Made by a program: the position numbers and the translations under genes
Shown: piece after piece, positions 1 to 12,860 of the stretch
Layout of the letters: every line of letters starts with the position of its first letter
Numbering within the stretch: position 1 is the first letter of the stretch
Origin: Cenococcum geophilum
Lineage: Eukaryota
Reading direction: 5' to 3'
Assembly (NCBI GenBank): GCA_050273025.1
Contig: CP158636.1
Span: 3,410,001 to 3,474,000, forward strand
Length of the DNA: 64,000 nt
Notes under the pieces: generated by a model
Database searches by the model: none
What the model saw: only the letters and a program-made list of their open reading frames with translations
Told to the model about the DNA's origin: nothing

Positions 1-1670
1 CTACTAAACCTACTATAAAGCGTGGCCGAGGACGCCCCCGTAAGAATCCCGTAACGGAGAACTACCTAACCTCCGTAGGCATATCTGCAAAGCAATCTCC
101 GCCTACAGATATATTAGTTCTAGTATAGGAAACCCCTTTTACAGACTTACGGCGTAAAGAGATCAACGGACTACTTAAAAAGGATATCTTTGCGATTATA
201 ATGGAGAGAGATATTCCGTAAGGCGTCCGTATATTTAACTTACGCTTTATTAATAAGATTAAGCACCTTAGTACTAACAAAGCCTTTAAGAAATTAAGGC
301 TTATTATATAAGCTTATAATAACTAGGGAAAGGACCTAGTCCTTACGCAATCGCCTATAATTTAACGGGTTAGTTAACGGATTATACTTATACTTATACC
401 TGGACTACAGCAAACTAAATCTATAGCCCTTTACTTACGGGATATCTTATAAGCCTATATGCAGTCTAATATCTACCTAAGTAGGGATATCTTTATACGA
501 CTACCCTATAAGCTTAACCTATAACCAGGAACAATTTTATGGGTTATAAAACCTCTTTATGGAGTACCAGAAGCCAAAAACTATTGGTTTAAGATATACT
601 ACTAGCACCACATTAGTAAACTTAAAATAGAGCAGTTAACCTACGACCCCTACCTCCTATATAGCCTATTGAACGGCCTTGGTATTATTAAACTCTAAAT
701 AGATAATACCCTCTTCTTAGTAGACCGGATATTTGCGGACGCTAAAGAGACTAAACTGTAAGAAGCTAAGTTCCTAGCAAAGCCGTAAGAGTAGTTAACT
801 AAGTAAACTCCAATTAAGTTTAATGGAGGCTTAATTATATAAAAGGGTAATTTAATCTAGCTAACTTAGGAACGCTAAGCTTAAAACCTAAAGCTTATTA
901 TAGTAAAGCCTACGGACCTCACTAGTTCCCGTAGAGAGACCTATAAGACTATAAATATAAAGGACTAATACGCTGCATAGCGTGCAAGAGGCGCCTATAT
1001 TGCTATAGTCTGTTAACCTAAATCTGCCTATAATCTGTTCTTTGCGGCCCAGGTAGTAGACCTATAAGAAGAAAATATTAAGCAGCTTAATAAGCGCATT
1101 TAGTGGCAAATTAACAATGCAGTAAGGGGACTTACTTTTATACTACTAGACCTAAATTCCCTTAGCCTACTAGTATTTACGGGCGCATCTTTTACTAATA
1201 ATAAAGACCTATTATTATAAATCGGCTTTATAATTGTACTTACGGACCATAATTAGGACGTAAATATACTGTATTGGTCTTTAATTAAGTGCAAACAAGT
1301 AACCCGTAGTATACTAGCTTCTAAACTATATATACTAGCTTATGGATTTAATATAGCAGCCGCAATTAAATTAATGGTCTAGAAGATTCTATAACTAAAG
1401 TAGTTACCCCTGGTTTTATACACTAATTTAAAGTCCCTTTATGACTGCCTAGTTAAACTAGGTACAATATAAGAGAAGAGGCTTATAGTCGACCTAATAT
1501 GCTTACGTTAGGCCTATAAATGACGTAAGATTATGGAGGTTAAATGGATTAGCAGTGGAGACAACCTAGTAGACGCTATGACTAAGGCAAAGCTGTGTTA
1601 AGCTCTTAAAACCCTAATTAATATAAATAAGCTTAACCTAAAGGTTATAGAATGGGTAGAGCGAGACTAA
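1..1670 (+). mobile_element. Ty1/Copia retrotransposon pol (RT and RNase H), RIP-degenerate, cut by the window start
   Basis: De-RIPed reading gives KPLYGVPEA..W (~550), LVFT(D)ASF(A)NNKD (~1170), WS(S)IKCK(R)VTRS(V)LAS(E)LY (~1275) and GDNL(A)DAMTK (~1560); many in-frame TAA/TAG stops from CpA>TpA. Confidence 0.85.
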
Positions 1671-1920
1671 TGGAGCATTTACGGTTTAGCTACGGCCCGT
1701 TAGAAGGCCGTATGGTGCATTTACGGCCCGTTAAAAGGCCGTATAGTTTATTTTACGGACCATAAGTAGGACTTACAGCTAGCTTGGAGCACTATTTGGA
1801 AGGCAACCTAGAAGGCACCTTAGGAGGGATTTTCTATATATTTTCTTATGTGTTTTATAGTTCTATTAAGATAATTACGGAGGCTATATATAAGTGGTTT
1901 CATTTTCTAAGTACCGCCAG

Positions 1921-2175
1921 TGTATAATTATAGCACCTGTCGTACTAACCGCGTGCTTACGCGTTTGGTACGCCGAGTACGCGTTTACGCGTTTGGTGCA
2001 CTAACCACCCGCTTACGCGTCTGGTGCACTTCTGAAGCACTAACTAATTAGGGGGGAGGCGCATCAGTATATAGACTACGTAGTCTGCTTTATATAATCG
2101 ACAGTCACCATCTAAACAAGTATACGATACTACATGTATTTCGTGCCCGTGGATACGACTTACTCGTGCTATTAA
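1921..2175 (+). repeat. Probable 3' LTR of the Copia element
   Basis: Starts with TGT ~250 bp after the pol stop; internal acgcgtttggt repeats and a TATA-like motif; the 3' end is approximate. Confidence 0.5.
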
Positions 2176-2184
2176 GTTAGTACG

Positions 2185-2231
2185 AATAGGTATATTTAGA
2201 GCGGGCCAGCTGCCCTCCCTACTAGCGGTAG
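2185..2231 (+). repeat. ~50-bp inverted repeat, left end of cassette 1
   Basis: aataggtatatttagagcgggccagctgccctccctactagcggtag matches the reverse complement of 7278-7326, differing mostly by transitions. Confidence 0.8.
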
Positions 2232-2689
2232 GTAAATCTAAGTAGGATAATAGCGTTATATGGCCAAAGTATATATTATAATCTAATTAAGTACCTTATA
2301 GGTTTCATCTCTCTCCGGAATTAAGTTATATTTATCTAGAAGTAGGCTTAGAATAAATTAATAGCTTAAGCTAAAATGGCAATATGCGCTATATAATAAT
2401 AACTAATAAAGTACTAAGGTGGAGCATATAGCCTATATAGTAATTTTATCTAGAATCTTAAAGAGGCTAAGAATAAAAGAGTGTAAAGGCTGGAAAATAA
2501 GATCTAGCCTATTAATAAAATCTTTATAAAAAAGAAAGTAGTATTAGCTGTTATTAACTTTAAATATATATACCCCACCAAGTCGCCCTCCAAATCCCTA
2601 TAGAGTAGGGAGAGAAGCGTATCTGTAAGATTTGTTCTACTCTCCTTTACTAGTTATAGGAACGTACGCTAACGTCCTAGCTTGCCTAG

Positions 2690-5003
2690 TATTATAAGTT
2701 CAAAATCGTAAATACTACTTTTAAAGATACCTTTACCAGACTAGCCAAGTTAAGAGACTTTTTCTTTAATTAACTGCCGTTTTACACGGATAAGTTCGTT
2801 AAGGAGCTCTATATAGCTAGTGCCGGTGCCTACTTCTATCTAGTAGTAGTAATATATTATCGCCTCCGTGAGGTTATATAGGACCTTTTTATCTATATTA
2901 TTATCCGGTTTTATAGGTAAGGCCTTAATCTAAGCAAGAAGGGCCCTAGCAATAGCGAAATTGGCATTAAACACTGCGTTATTGGTTTAAAGTTCTAGTA
3001 TATCCTAGATGTCTTTTATATACAAAAAGTCGCGTACAGTTTGGTATAGGAAATTAACCTTAAACTTAATAAATAAGTGTTGCGATATATGTTCGTATAC
3101 CTCTAAAAGACCCTTACAGCGTGCTTTAAGGCGTTTACACATACTTTTATGCCATAAAATAACCTCTACATTATTATACACCCTAATTTTGGCTTTAATA
3201 GCGAAGTTAGGGTCATCCTTATCAAGAAATGAGTATATAAGCAGCAAGAGTAGTCTAGTTACGTAAAGAGCTATACGGAAATTTTAAGCCGTTTAATATT
3301 TGTATACTTTGTTAATAGTGTTAAGAATATACCAGAAGAAAGATTCTAGGTTGGAGGGCAGTATCCTAAGTCGCCGCTGGAGGTTAATAACTTTATTATT
3401 ATTTCTAAGCCCTTGGAGAATGCTTTAAATTACTATAAACACCCAGAGGAATACTCCCTAGAATGAGTTTACTATCTCTAGAATAAAATCTCCGTACTAA
3501 GAGTTATGTTCCTAAAGTACCTAAAATTTGGCATTTTCCTTAAGTTTATTACGGGTATATAGCTTAATATTATTTCTCGTTAGATCCTAAATGCGGAGAT
3601 TATAATATCCGTTAAAGGCATCTACAAAAATATTCTATAGCCAGCTAGATACGCAGACCTTAATATTCAAATTATTAAATCCTTTAATAATAGAAATGAG
3701 TTCTTTATAATCTCTATTATACTTATTAAGACCATTAATAAAGAGGCAAAATCTTATAGAACTAGAAGTTAGCTCTATAAGCTTAGTAATTGCTTATATA
3801 AGTTCTAAACACGTCTATTAATCTTAATAGCTAAAAAACTAACATAAAGAGCATATAGTAGAAATTAGGTCCGGGTATTTTTATAATATTATAAAAAGAA
3901 GTGACCGGAGAAGGCCCTCCTGCGACTTCTATATTACTATTCCTATAAATTAGAAGAAATAGCTTGTGGTAACAATTTTCTTACCGTTTACCTATTGCTG
4001 GAGAAATCCTAGGGTTCGGCTATTCCTATATAGGTATTTTATTAAAGTTAATTTCCTAGATTTAGGCTTTCCCGTAATCTAATAGATATTTAGCATCTCG
4101 CTGGATATTAGCCATAGTATAAACTTGGTCCCTTTAGGGGAATTAAAGATCTAGCCGAACGTCTTTGTATAAGCCAGTTAAATATCTAAATGCCGGAATT
4201 TTATCTGTTTAAACTCTAAACTTTTAAGCACCCCTACTTTGGTAGCTATATTTAAAGCCTACTTAGTAAGCCCGGATAGTTTTCTGTCTAAGTTATCTAA
4301 AGCAACGTTAGTAGTAGTAGTGCCTAATATGCGCCTAATTAAGTCTAAAGACTTACCCAGCTGGTTAATCTATTCGTCTCTTTAGATTCCTATTTAGATA
4401 TTCTTGGTTTAAATAGTCGTTAGGAACGTCAACACGCTTAATTATTTATTACTAATAGTCTAGTTAGCAAAATACATCCCAAACTAGATATTTACTATAC
4501 CCTAACGCTTAGGAAACCTAGTAGGAGTAAGGGAACGCAGAAGAGTTTTACCTTAAGAGGGTAATTAGCTAAACCGACAGTTAACTTTAGATTAAATTTA
4601 AAGTTTTCTATAGCTTTTTAATTTTTTCTACTAACTAAACACTTTTTATAATCTGGCGAAAGCTCTCTAATATCCGCCTAAGGCCCTTAGAGTCCTTATT
4701 AATCCTAAGGGACTATAATATAAAGAGGAGCTTATCCGCCTTTTCTCTGCTTATATTTACTAGCTTTATTAATAAGGCCTCCTTTTATATCCATAGGTAT
4801 CCGCCAGATTTACTAGATAAATTTAACTTCCCACTAAGGCTTTAGAGGTTTGCTATAATAGTTTTAAGATCTTTATTTTCTTTTATAGTACTATCCACGG
4901 ACCTATAGATCTTATAGCCCTCCGAGAATAGCTTAATACCAAATTCTGCGAACTATATAATATTAGCCGCAGCGCCGAGCGCTAAAAAGGGGTTAAGGAC
5001 CAT
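2690..5003 (-). pseudogene. NACHT NTPase (fungal NLR-like) with SesA-type N-terminus, RIP-inactivated
   Basis: ATG at 5003: MVL(D)PF(S)ALGAAANIV(Q)FAEFG; Walker A IY(W)ITGKP(G)S(G)K(S)TL near 4050-4090; IFVDAF near 3620; RLKARCKGLLEV...VNFLYQTVRDFL in ORF 3005-3247. The 3' end is approximate. Confidence 0.8.
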
Positions 5004-5392
5004 CCTAAGGCATCTCCTTTACTATAGCGAGTAGTGCAGGTGTATCTTTAAATATAAATTTAGCCTATCTAATAAGTAGAAGATATTATGCTTAGCCCTA
5101 TAAGCTAAAACTAGATATTAGGAAAAAAAATAGCAAAGACTTTACTAGTAACGCGAAAGGTGTAGGGTGGGTATAATAAGCAAATATATTATTCAAGACT
5201 ACTTAGCCCTGTAAATGCTAAATAATACTATCTATAGCTAGAGGTATAGTAATAGGGCGAACCTAGCAGTACGCCTTATAGCCGGTAAGGAAGCGACTTA
5301 CCTACTCTAGTATATCCACCTAATAGAGACAGGAAAGAGCACAAGAGCCTAAGGCATAAGGACAATAAATAGGAGTAGGAAGATGGTAAAGA

Positions 5393-5613
5393 TAGTAGAT
5401 AGGCGCGACAGAGCAGAAGAAGAGGAGTAATAGTAGACTAATGTAAACCGATTAAGGCAATTAAAGACTTATATCTTAGTAAGCTCTTAAAACGTAGTTA
5501 CTTTTTTCTAAAGAATATCCGTGCTTTGCTAAGATACTAATAGTAGTTAAGAAGTTCACCATATTATTCTAGTCTTTACTCCTCTCCTTTTACTCCGTCG
5601 CGCCTATCTACTA
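5393..5613. mobile_element. MITE-like element with 38-bp terminal inverted repeats
   Basis: 5393-5430 tagtagataggcgcgacagagcagaagaagaggagtaa versus the reverse complement of 5576-5613: 4 mismatches, all transitions. Confidence 0.6.
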
Positions 5614-5619
5614 ATTATA

Positions 5620-6876
5620 CGCGGAGGACTGCTTTAATGGGCCGATTAGAAGTAATTACAAAGCTTAAGAAGTGCGTATAAGATATCTAGCAACTTCCTA
5701 GATTTGGCCAATTTTATAAAGGCCTTATTACTAAGTAGATGCAACGCTGTACTACAAAAGGCAGTATTATAGTGGTAAATATCACTAACCTTAAAAGCGA
5801 TGCTATTATTATTACTACTAATATATCTAAGGTCCTCCTACTTTTAGGTTTAAGGGCACGCAAAGCTAAGGACTGGATTAATTAGGACCTTACTATAACT
5901 TTATTAAGTAATTAGGGCCGCAAAAATAAAGCCTACCTTTAATTCTTATTATGGCTATGGCGCGGGTATATAAGGCCTATATTAGATAAGCTATATACAG
6001 CCTCCTATAAAAGACCTACTAAAGATTTAATAGATCAAAACCGGCCTTACTAGTTCCTTCCCTTTCTATTTAGGCGACGATATCTTTACTAGACTAACGG
6101 AAAGTGCGTATTACCGGGCTATTTTATCCTATACGCCGATAATTAAAGCCCTTTAATATACCTAAGAGCGTACTAGAACCACTACCCCATCTTACTATAA
6201 TCCTTAGAAAGTAGCTATTCTAACTATACCTAAAACCCTTAGTGCAAGTAATCTTTTAGGGACAAGAGCGGAGAGATTTAAGGTTATAGCGGCTATAGGG
6301 CCTTCTGTTTTTATATAGACTTTAGAGTACCTAGACGTTATAAGCGCTATAACTTAACTCTAGGAGTGCAATATTACCTACTTTGCCTACTACAGGGTAT
6401 TAGATCTAGTTAACCCTTTTAGAAGTAGCCTAATACTGTAGACGGCTAGGACATCTACTTAAGAGCTAAGGTAGGATATACTAAGCGTTTATAAGGTATC
6501 TTAGGCCCACCTCTCGCAAGCGGAGATTACATACCTCTCGGCCTACTTAACCGCGTAGAACTAGGCGATAAGGCTTTCAGACAAAGTGCTTTACGTTATT
6601 AGTAGGTTCCAGGTTGCTGGATTTAGGCATATAGTTAGGTATCTATGGCCGTCTAACGATAAGGTATATATAGATGTTGCGAAGTCGTTCTACTCCGAAC
6701 TTAGTTAAGGTAGAACTACGAGGTACTATAATAGAACTACTGCATTAGCATTACATAGGGCCGTTGTGAAGATTTGGGAAAGGAATAAATATAGTAAGCG
6801 GCTGCTGCTCTGGGCGCAGTACGTGCATTTTAGGGCACTAGAGAAGAGATTATTAGCGCTAAGGGCAGACTCTTAG
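5620..6876 (+). pseudogene. CHAT-domain (caspase-like HetF) protease, 5'-truncated, RIP-inactivated
   Basis: WLWRG..RPILD, (AI)SSYTPIIKAL, catalytic HFACHG read as YFAYYRV (~6379), YLSAC read as YLSAY (~6535), SGFQVAGFRH.VG.LWPS.D, LWAQYVHF. Confidence 0.85.
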
Positions 6877-7277
6877 GCGCCTAATTTATAGATAGGAGGA
6901 GCATAAATAGGCTATCCCTTAGCACGATAAGACCCTACAAGAAAGTAGTTTATGCGCAAATACTAGAATTAAAAGTACGTGTATGGTCACAGAGCCTTAA
7001 TCCTATTAATTCTATTAGCTGGCTCTTAATAATAACCATAGGGCCTATTTTATTGTGCTAAGGGATAGCGCGGACTAACAAAGTTATAACGTACTTATTT
7101 TACGCGTATATAGCTACGTACTAGTACCTAAGTATTTATTCTAAGGCGTAATGGCGGCCTAAAGAGATAAATAAGTAAGGTACTTAGTTATATGTAATAT
7201 ATACTTTAGCAATATAACATTAACATCCCGCCTAAACTAATTGGGCGTATTTTTAGTCCCATATAGGTTACGCTTTG

Positions 7278-7326
7278 CTACCGCTAGTAGGGAGGGCGGC
7301 TAACCTACTCTAGCTATACCCTTATT
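7278..7326 (-). repeat. ~50-bp inverted repeat, right end of cassette 1
   Basis: ctaccgctagtagggagggcggctaacctactctagctatacccttatt is the inverse of 2185-2231. Confidence 0.8.
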
Positions 7327-7720
7327 AAGGGTCTACTTCTTAGGATTAAAGAATAGAGGAAATAGGGGAACTATAGTTGGTGTTGGAATAAACGGTCTTA
7401 AGTGTGGTGTTATGGCAGTAATACACTACCTCTACTACTTGGCGTTTAGCTTAGCGCGGTTACTAAGTTAACTAAACTATCTAACCTATATCCTCATTAA
7501 CGGATATATATTAAAGGTATAGGCGCTCCTATAGGCGGGTTTTCCATAGGGATTAGCACTAGCCCTATAACTAGGCCTTTTTAACCCTAGGGCTCTTAAT
7601 TACACCTATACTTTTAAACTTAGCGCTATTAACGTATTTCAGACCAACCCTTTTGTTTATAGTTGTCGGAGTAGAGTTCCTCCAGGCTTCGCGGAGCCAC
7701 CGCTAGGGGCGATCTCTTAT
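7327..7720 (+). repeat. Conserved tail sequence adjoining the inverted repeat (copy 1 of 3)
   Basis: Colinear with 17619-17864 and with the reverse complement of 37366-37767. Confidence 0.85.
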
Positions 7721-7736
7721 TAGGTTGGGCTTGTCT

Positions 7737-8080
7737 TGCCCTCTTATTAGCTAAATCTTTTACCCTCTTATTAGTTAAATCTTTGAGCCCTCTTATCAGT
7801 TAAATTTTTGAGCCCTCTTATCTGTTAAATCTTTAAGCCCTCCCATTGGTTAAATCTTTGAGCCCTCTCATCTGTTAAATATTTGGGCCCTCTTATTTAT
7901 TAAATATTTAAGCCCTCTTATCTATCAAATCTTTGAGCCCTCTTATTTGTCAAATCTTTAAGCCCTCTTATCTGTTAAATCTTTAAGCCCACTTATTTAT
8001 TAAATATTTAAGCCCTCTTATTCGTTAGATCTTTAAGCCCTCTTATTTATTAAATCTTTAAGCCCTCTTATTAGTTAGCT
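7737..8080. repeat. 25-bp minisatellite, ~13 copies
   Basis: Unit agccctcttatctgttaaatcttt(g/a); starts at 7811, 7836, 7861. Confidence 0.9.
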
Positions 8081-8290
8081 TTTTACCTCTTTAGGCTAAT
8101 TAATATATTCTCTTTGGAATTTCTTTACGCCGCTAGTGTAGTTGGTTAGGAGGTATAGGTAGGAGAGGGGATCCTTAAGTGTATTCGCTTATTAAGATCG
8201 GCTTGTTATTTACTTGGGTATAAACGTTCTATCTCCTTTGCAAAGTAGATCGTAGCTTTAACCGCGCTAATGTCTAGGAAACGCCACAAA

Positions 8291-8343
8291 AACAAGGGTG
8301 TGGCCAGTGCGGGTCGGCCATCCTCCCTGCTGGTGGTCGCGAC
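8291..8343 (+). repeat. ~50-bp inverted repeat, left end of cassette 2
   Basis: aacaagggtgtggccagtgcgggtcggccatcctccctgctggtggtcgcgac is the inverse of 17566-17618. Confidence 0.9.
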
Positions 8344-11004
8344 TTGTAGTGCTAAACCTCTTTTATTACCGTTACATATCACTTCTAAGCGTGCTTACGC
8401 AGCTCGCCCGTCCCGCACTTGCACTGGGGGACGCCATAAGTATTGACTCGCAAAATAAAGTCCTGTCACTATGTTCTCCATTTATCACTCGTTTAGGGCT
8501 TCGAGCGATACCGATTATCGGTTCGTTAGTGTATCCACGCCAGTGCAACTGAAGAAGCTGCGAATGCGCGAGACGGAGAGAGCTGCGTCTGCCCGTACCA
8601 CCAGACAGAATTACTGAGCAATTATATTCAGCGTAAAGAAATGACCTCATGCTCGTTCCCTTTCCTTTCCCTTTTTATAAAGTGCATGACTGCCTTATAC
8701 ATTCGTCATGCTTTATATTATCACTCGACCGCAGTGACGGAAGTCGAAACACATGTAGACGGAAACAAGCAAATAATTGGCTATAGTAGTGATCAGCTGA
8801 TACCGGTACTGTGGAGGCGGCTGAGCCGAAGCTAAGATGCAGCGATCCTCTGGCCATTCTTCTTGCACTTTCTAGCCTTGCCACGCACATTGCTATCTAT
8901 TATTCTAAACAATTACTTGTGTTTGAGGTAAGATACAAAGAATTATTCGCAATTCCATTAGTTAAATTATGCACAGCAAGACCCTCCTTATGACCTCGCT
9001 TAAATCCCTGCAAAGCCGCAATCTATATACTATTGGGTGGATTACCGCTCTCCTATTAGAACGAGCTGCAGCGACTGCGGTTCTTGACGAGAAGTATAGA
9101 ACACCCCTTGATTTTAATCAGCCTCGCTCTAACACAAACTCTTATACTTAGGGTCGTGTTGGAGAGCATAACGTTATAATCGCTTCGCTAGCTATAGGAG
9201 TCTATGGTATAGCATCTGCCGCTACTACTGCTCTCCCTATACTCTCTTTATTTCCTTAGATTTAATTCGGACTTCTTATTAGAATTGGTGCTGGGATTCC
9301 TAGGATAAATAAGGGTCGCGATATTTGGCTTGGAGATATTGCTGTTAGCCAGCCCCATGGGATAAGTAGAGGGGTGGTTTAGTATGATCTTAGAAAGGTA
9401 AAACCCGGACAGAAGTATAAGCGCAGAGACTTTTTAAACAGACTACTAGAGGTACTTTTTAAAGCGCTAGCTAACTTGTAGGCGTAATACGAACTTAAAG
9501 GACTAAGGGTGTTAGAGCTTCTCAAAAAAGCTTTAATATACTACCCTTATCTAATAAAGTTAAAGCATAGTTATATGTACCAAGGCTTTACAAATAATTA
9601 TCTCTTTAAAGCCGTATATAACTACGTTCTAGGTATAGACTGCTATAATTACGACCTAAAGGAAGAAATCTAACGAGAGAAACGTGACCTAGCGGATCCG
9701 GAGATATACTACGGCACTATAGCTTTAGGCAATACTTTAATAAAAGACGCCGCCACTTAAGACAGAATTCTTAAAGAGATAGGGGAAGATTGCATCTGTT
9801 TTAAGATAGAAGCCGCCGGTCTTATAAACAATTTTCCTTATCTAGCTATAAGAGGTATATATAACTATGCCAACTCTTATAAGAATGACCGATAGCAACA
9901 GTATGCTACAGCAACAGCAGTAGCGTATGCTAAAGAGCTTCTTTCTTATTGCCTTAGTGAGAATATCTAAAGGACCTAAAAGGCGATTGATATTCTTAAA
10001 TAGAGTTAGTCTACCTTACCCATCTACTAGGATAAATAAAGATAACTTCCATTAAAGTCGCAGAAATAGTAGTTGAGATTCATTCTGTTACATTAGACGC
10101 TAGGGCCAGTGATTTATTTAGACTGGAGTGGCGTGGATCTAAGGTTAAATCCACTCCATCTACTAAAAAGACGATTTGACTCCAGGAGCGCTATGGAGCT
10201 CCAGTGTAGATATATACTATTTATAGTAAGTCTTGGCGCGACTTTGGTGTTATATTTGGGGGGTAGGAGGCGTTTAAACTTACTAAAAAAGATTGTCAGA
10301 TTTGCCCATTAGTTTCCTCATTACCTTCCTCCGTAATCTCATTGTCCTTAATAACCACCACCCCATCGCCACGTAGGCTCTTCCTTAGAACACCTTCCTT
10401 TTAATATAATTATAAGCTCCTAGTAGTGCTCCTGCTTTTTATAAAGCCAGCGGTAAAAGTACGTGGTTTTGCTATTCGAATCTTTTAGTAAGATATCCTT
10501 ACCCCGCCGCCGGGTCGGTAACGTTTGTTGCTTAGTACCGAATATACGTAGAGCTAAAACTCGTTAACTTCCTTGGAATCGTTAGCCTTTGGATTAATTA
10601 ATTTTGGTATAAGAATAATGTCGTTGGTAGGCGCGGCTTTAGGAAAGAATTATTCTATGGTAATTAAGGGAAGTGAAATTAAGCCACTAAGTAATTAAGT
10701 ATATAGGAAGGAGAGCAGGAAAGGAAATAATGAGACTTTATAGATTGTATGGGGGACGCTCACATTCAAGAAAACCGAGTCATTGTGCGGCTTAACCGAT
10801 TGGCTTAACACCACGCTCTAATACCTTATTGATCCTTCCTCTATAGCTACCTTCTTTTAATTAGATATATAACTGGCGCTCTAAGAGCTCTAAAGCCTCA
10901 AAATCTACTCCACGCTACTAATTAAATTACCGGATCTATATATTGGGAAAATATTCGCAGGATAAGATTTAAGTAGACTTTGGTTTTCGCGTTTCGCGTA
11001 ATTA

Positions 11005-11355
11005 ATATGCAATTTAACTAACTTGACACGCAATTAACCAACTTAACACGTAATTAACTAACTTAATATGCAATTTAACCAACTTAATACGCAGTTAACC
11101 TACTTAATATGCAATTTAACCAACTTAATACGCAGTTAACCTACTTAATATGTAATTTAACTAACTTAATATGTAGTTAACCTACTTAATATGTAATTTA
11201 ACTAACTTAACACGTAGTTAACCTACTTAATATATAATTTAACTAACTTAATACGTAGTTAACCTACTTAATATATAATTTAACTAACTTAATACGCAAT
11301 TAACCTACTTAATATATAATTTAACTAACTTAATATATAGTTAACCTACTTAATA
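11005..11355. repeat. 20/21-bp minisatellite
   Basis: aacttaatacgcagttaacct-like units in tandem. Confidence 0.85.
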
Positions 11356-11492
11356 ACTTTAAAAGCTAACTGTATATTTCTTAACGTGCGATTAAGGTAA
11401 AGTTATATACTATATATTTAACTATTATATATAATCCTATACAATCTTATACAATCTTATATAATCTTATACAATCTTATAGTCTTATTACT

Positions 11493-12860
11493 TAGAGGCT
11501 CTGCACGAGGCTTTATACGAAGCTCTGCGTATAGAGGCTCTGTATAAAGCTCTGCGCATAGAGGCTCTGTATAAAGCTCTGCACGAAGCTTCGCATAAGG
11601 CTCTTCACGAGGCTCTATACGAAGCTCTGCGTACAGAGGCTCTGCACGAAGCTCTGCACGAAGCTCTGCACGAAGCTCTGCACGAAGCTCTGCACGAAGC
11701 TCTGCATAAGGCTCTATACGAGGCTCTGCGCGAGGCTCTACGCGAAGCTCTGCGTATAGAGGCTCTGCACGAGGCTCTGCGAGAAGCTCTGCGTACAGAG
11801 GCTCTGCATGAGGCTCTGCGCGAAGCTCTGCGTACAGAGGCTCTACACGAAGCTCTGCATCGGGTCCCCGCTATATTCCCGATAGCCTCTACACGTGCCT
11901 CTACCCTATGTAACCACCTTATTTTTTACCCTTCCTTCCTTCTTTATATCCTCCCTACCTAGGGAGGCACCAGAACGGCAGCCAGCAGAGGACCGTTGCT
12001 AGAACTAGACGACCGTCGCCAGAACCAGACGACCGTCGCCAGAACCAGACGACCGTCGCTAGCCAGACGACCGTTACTAGAACTAGACGACCGTTGCCAG
12101 AGCTAGACGACCGTCGCCAGAACCAGACGACCGTTGCCAGCGCCAGACGACCGTTGCCAGAGCTAGACGACCGTCGCCAGAACCAGACAACCGTTGCCAG
12201 CGCTAGACGACCGTCGCCAGAACTAGACAACCGTCGCTAGCCAGACGACCGTTACTAGAACTACACAACCGTCGCCAGATAACCGTCGCCAGAGCTAGAC
12301 GACCGTCGCTAGAACTAGACAATTATCGCTAGAACTAGACGACTGTTACTAGAACTAAACGACTGTCGCCAGAACTAGACGACTGTCGCCGTCGCTAGAC
12401 GATAACGACTAGCCAGCGAACACTATAAATGATTTAATCAATTAATTGAATTAAGGCAGTATAGACAGGTAGGCATAAATAGGGAGATGCTAATAGGTAG
12501 GTAGATGCTAATAGGTAGGTAGATACAGACTAGTAATTAGATGCAGATAGGTAAGCAGATATAGATAGGTAAGTAAATGCTAACGGGTAGGCAGATATAG
12601 ATAGGTAGGTAGATGTAAATAGGTAGGCGATATAAATAGGTAGGTGATATAGATAGGTAGGCAATGCAGATAGGTAGGTGATATAGATAGGTAGGCAATA
12701 TAAATAGGTAGGCGATGTAGATAGGTAGGCGATGCAGATAGGTAGGCGATATAGATAGGTAGGCAATATAGATAGGTAGGTAATGTAGATAGGTAGGCAA
12801 TGTAGACAGGTAGGCGATGTAGGTAGGTAGGTAGATAGGTAGATAGGTAAGTTAATAGGT
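11493..12860. repeat. Composite module: 12-bp cacgaagctctg array, unique linker, 20-bp gaccgtcgccagaaccagac array and gataggtaggc array
   Basis: Tandem units visible directly; same order and linker as 23241-25020. Confidence 0.9.

Noticed and set aside
11955..12800. ORFs 11955-12230, 12530-12766, 12537-12800 (and 24572-25021)
   Set aside because: Low-complexity readings of minisatellites.
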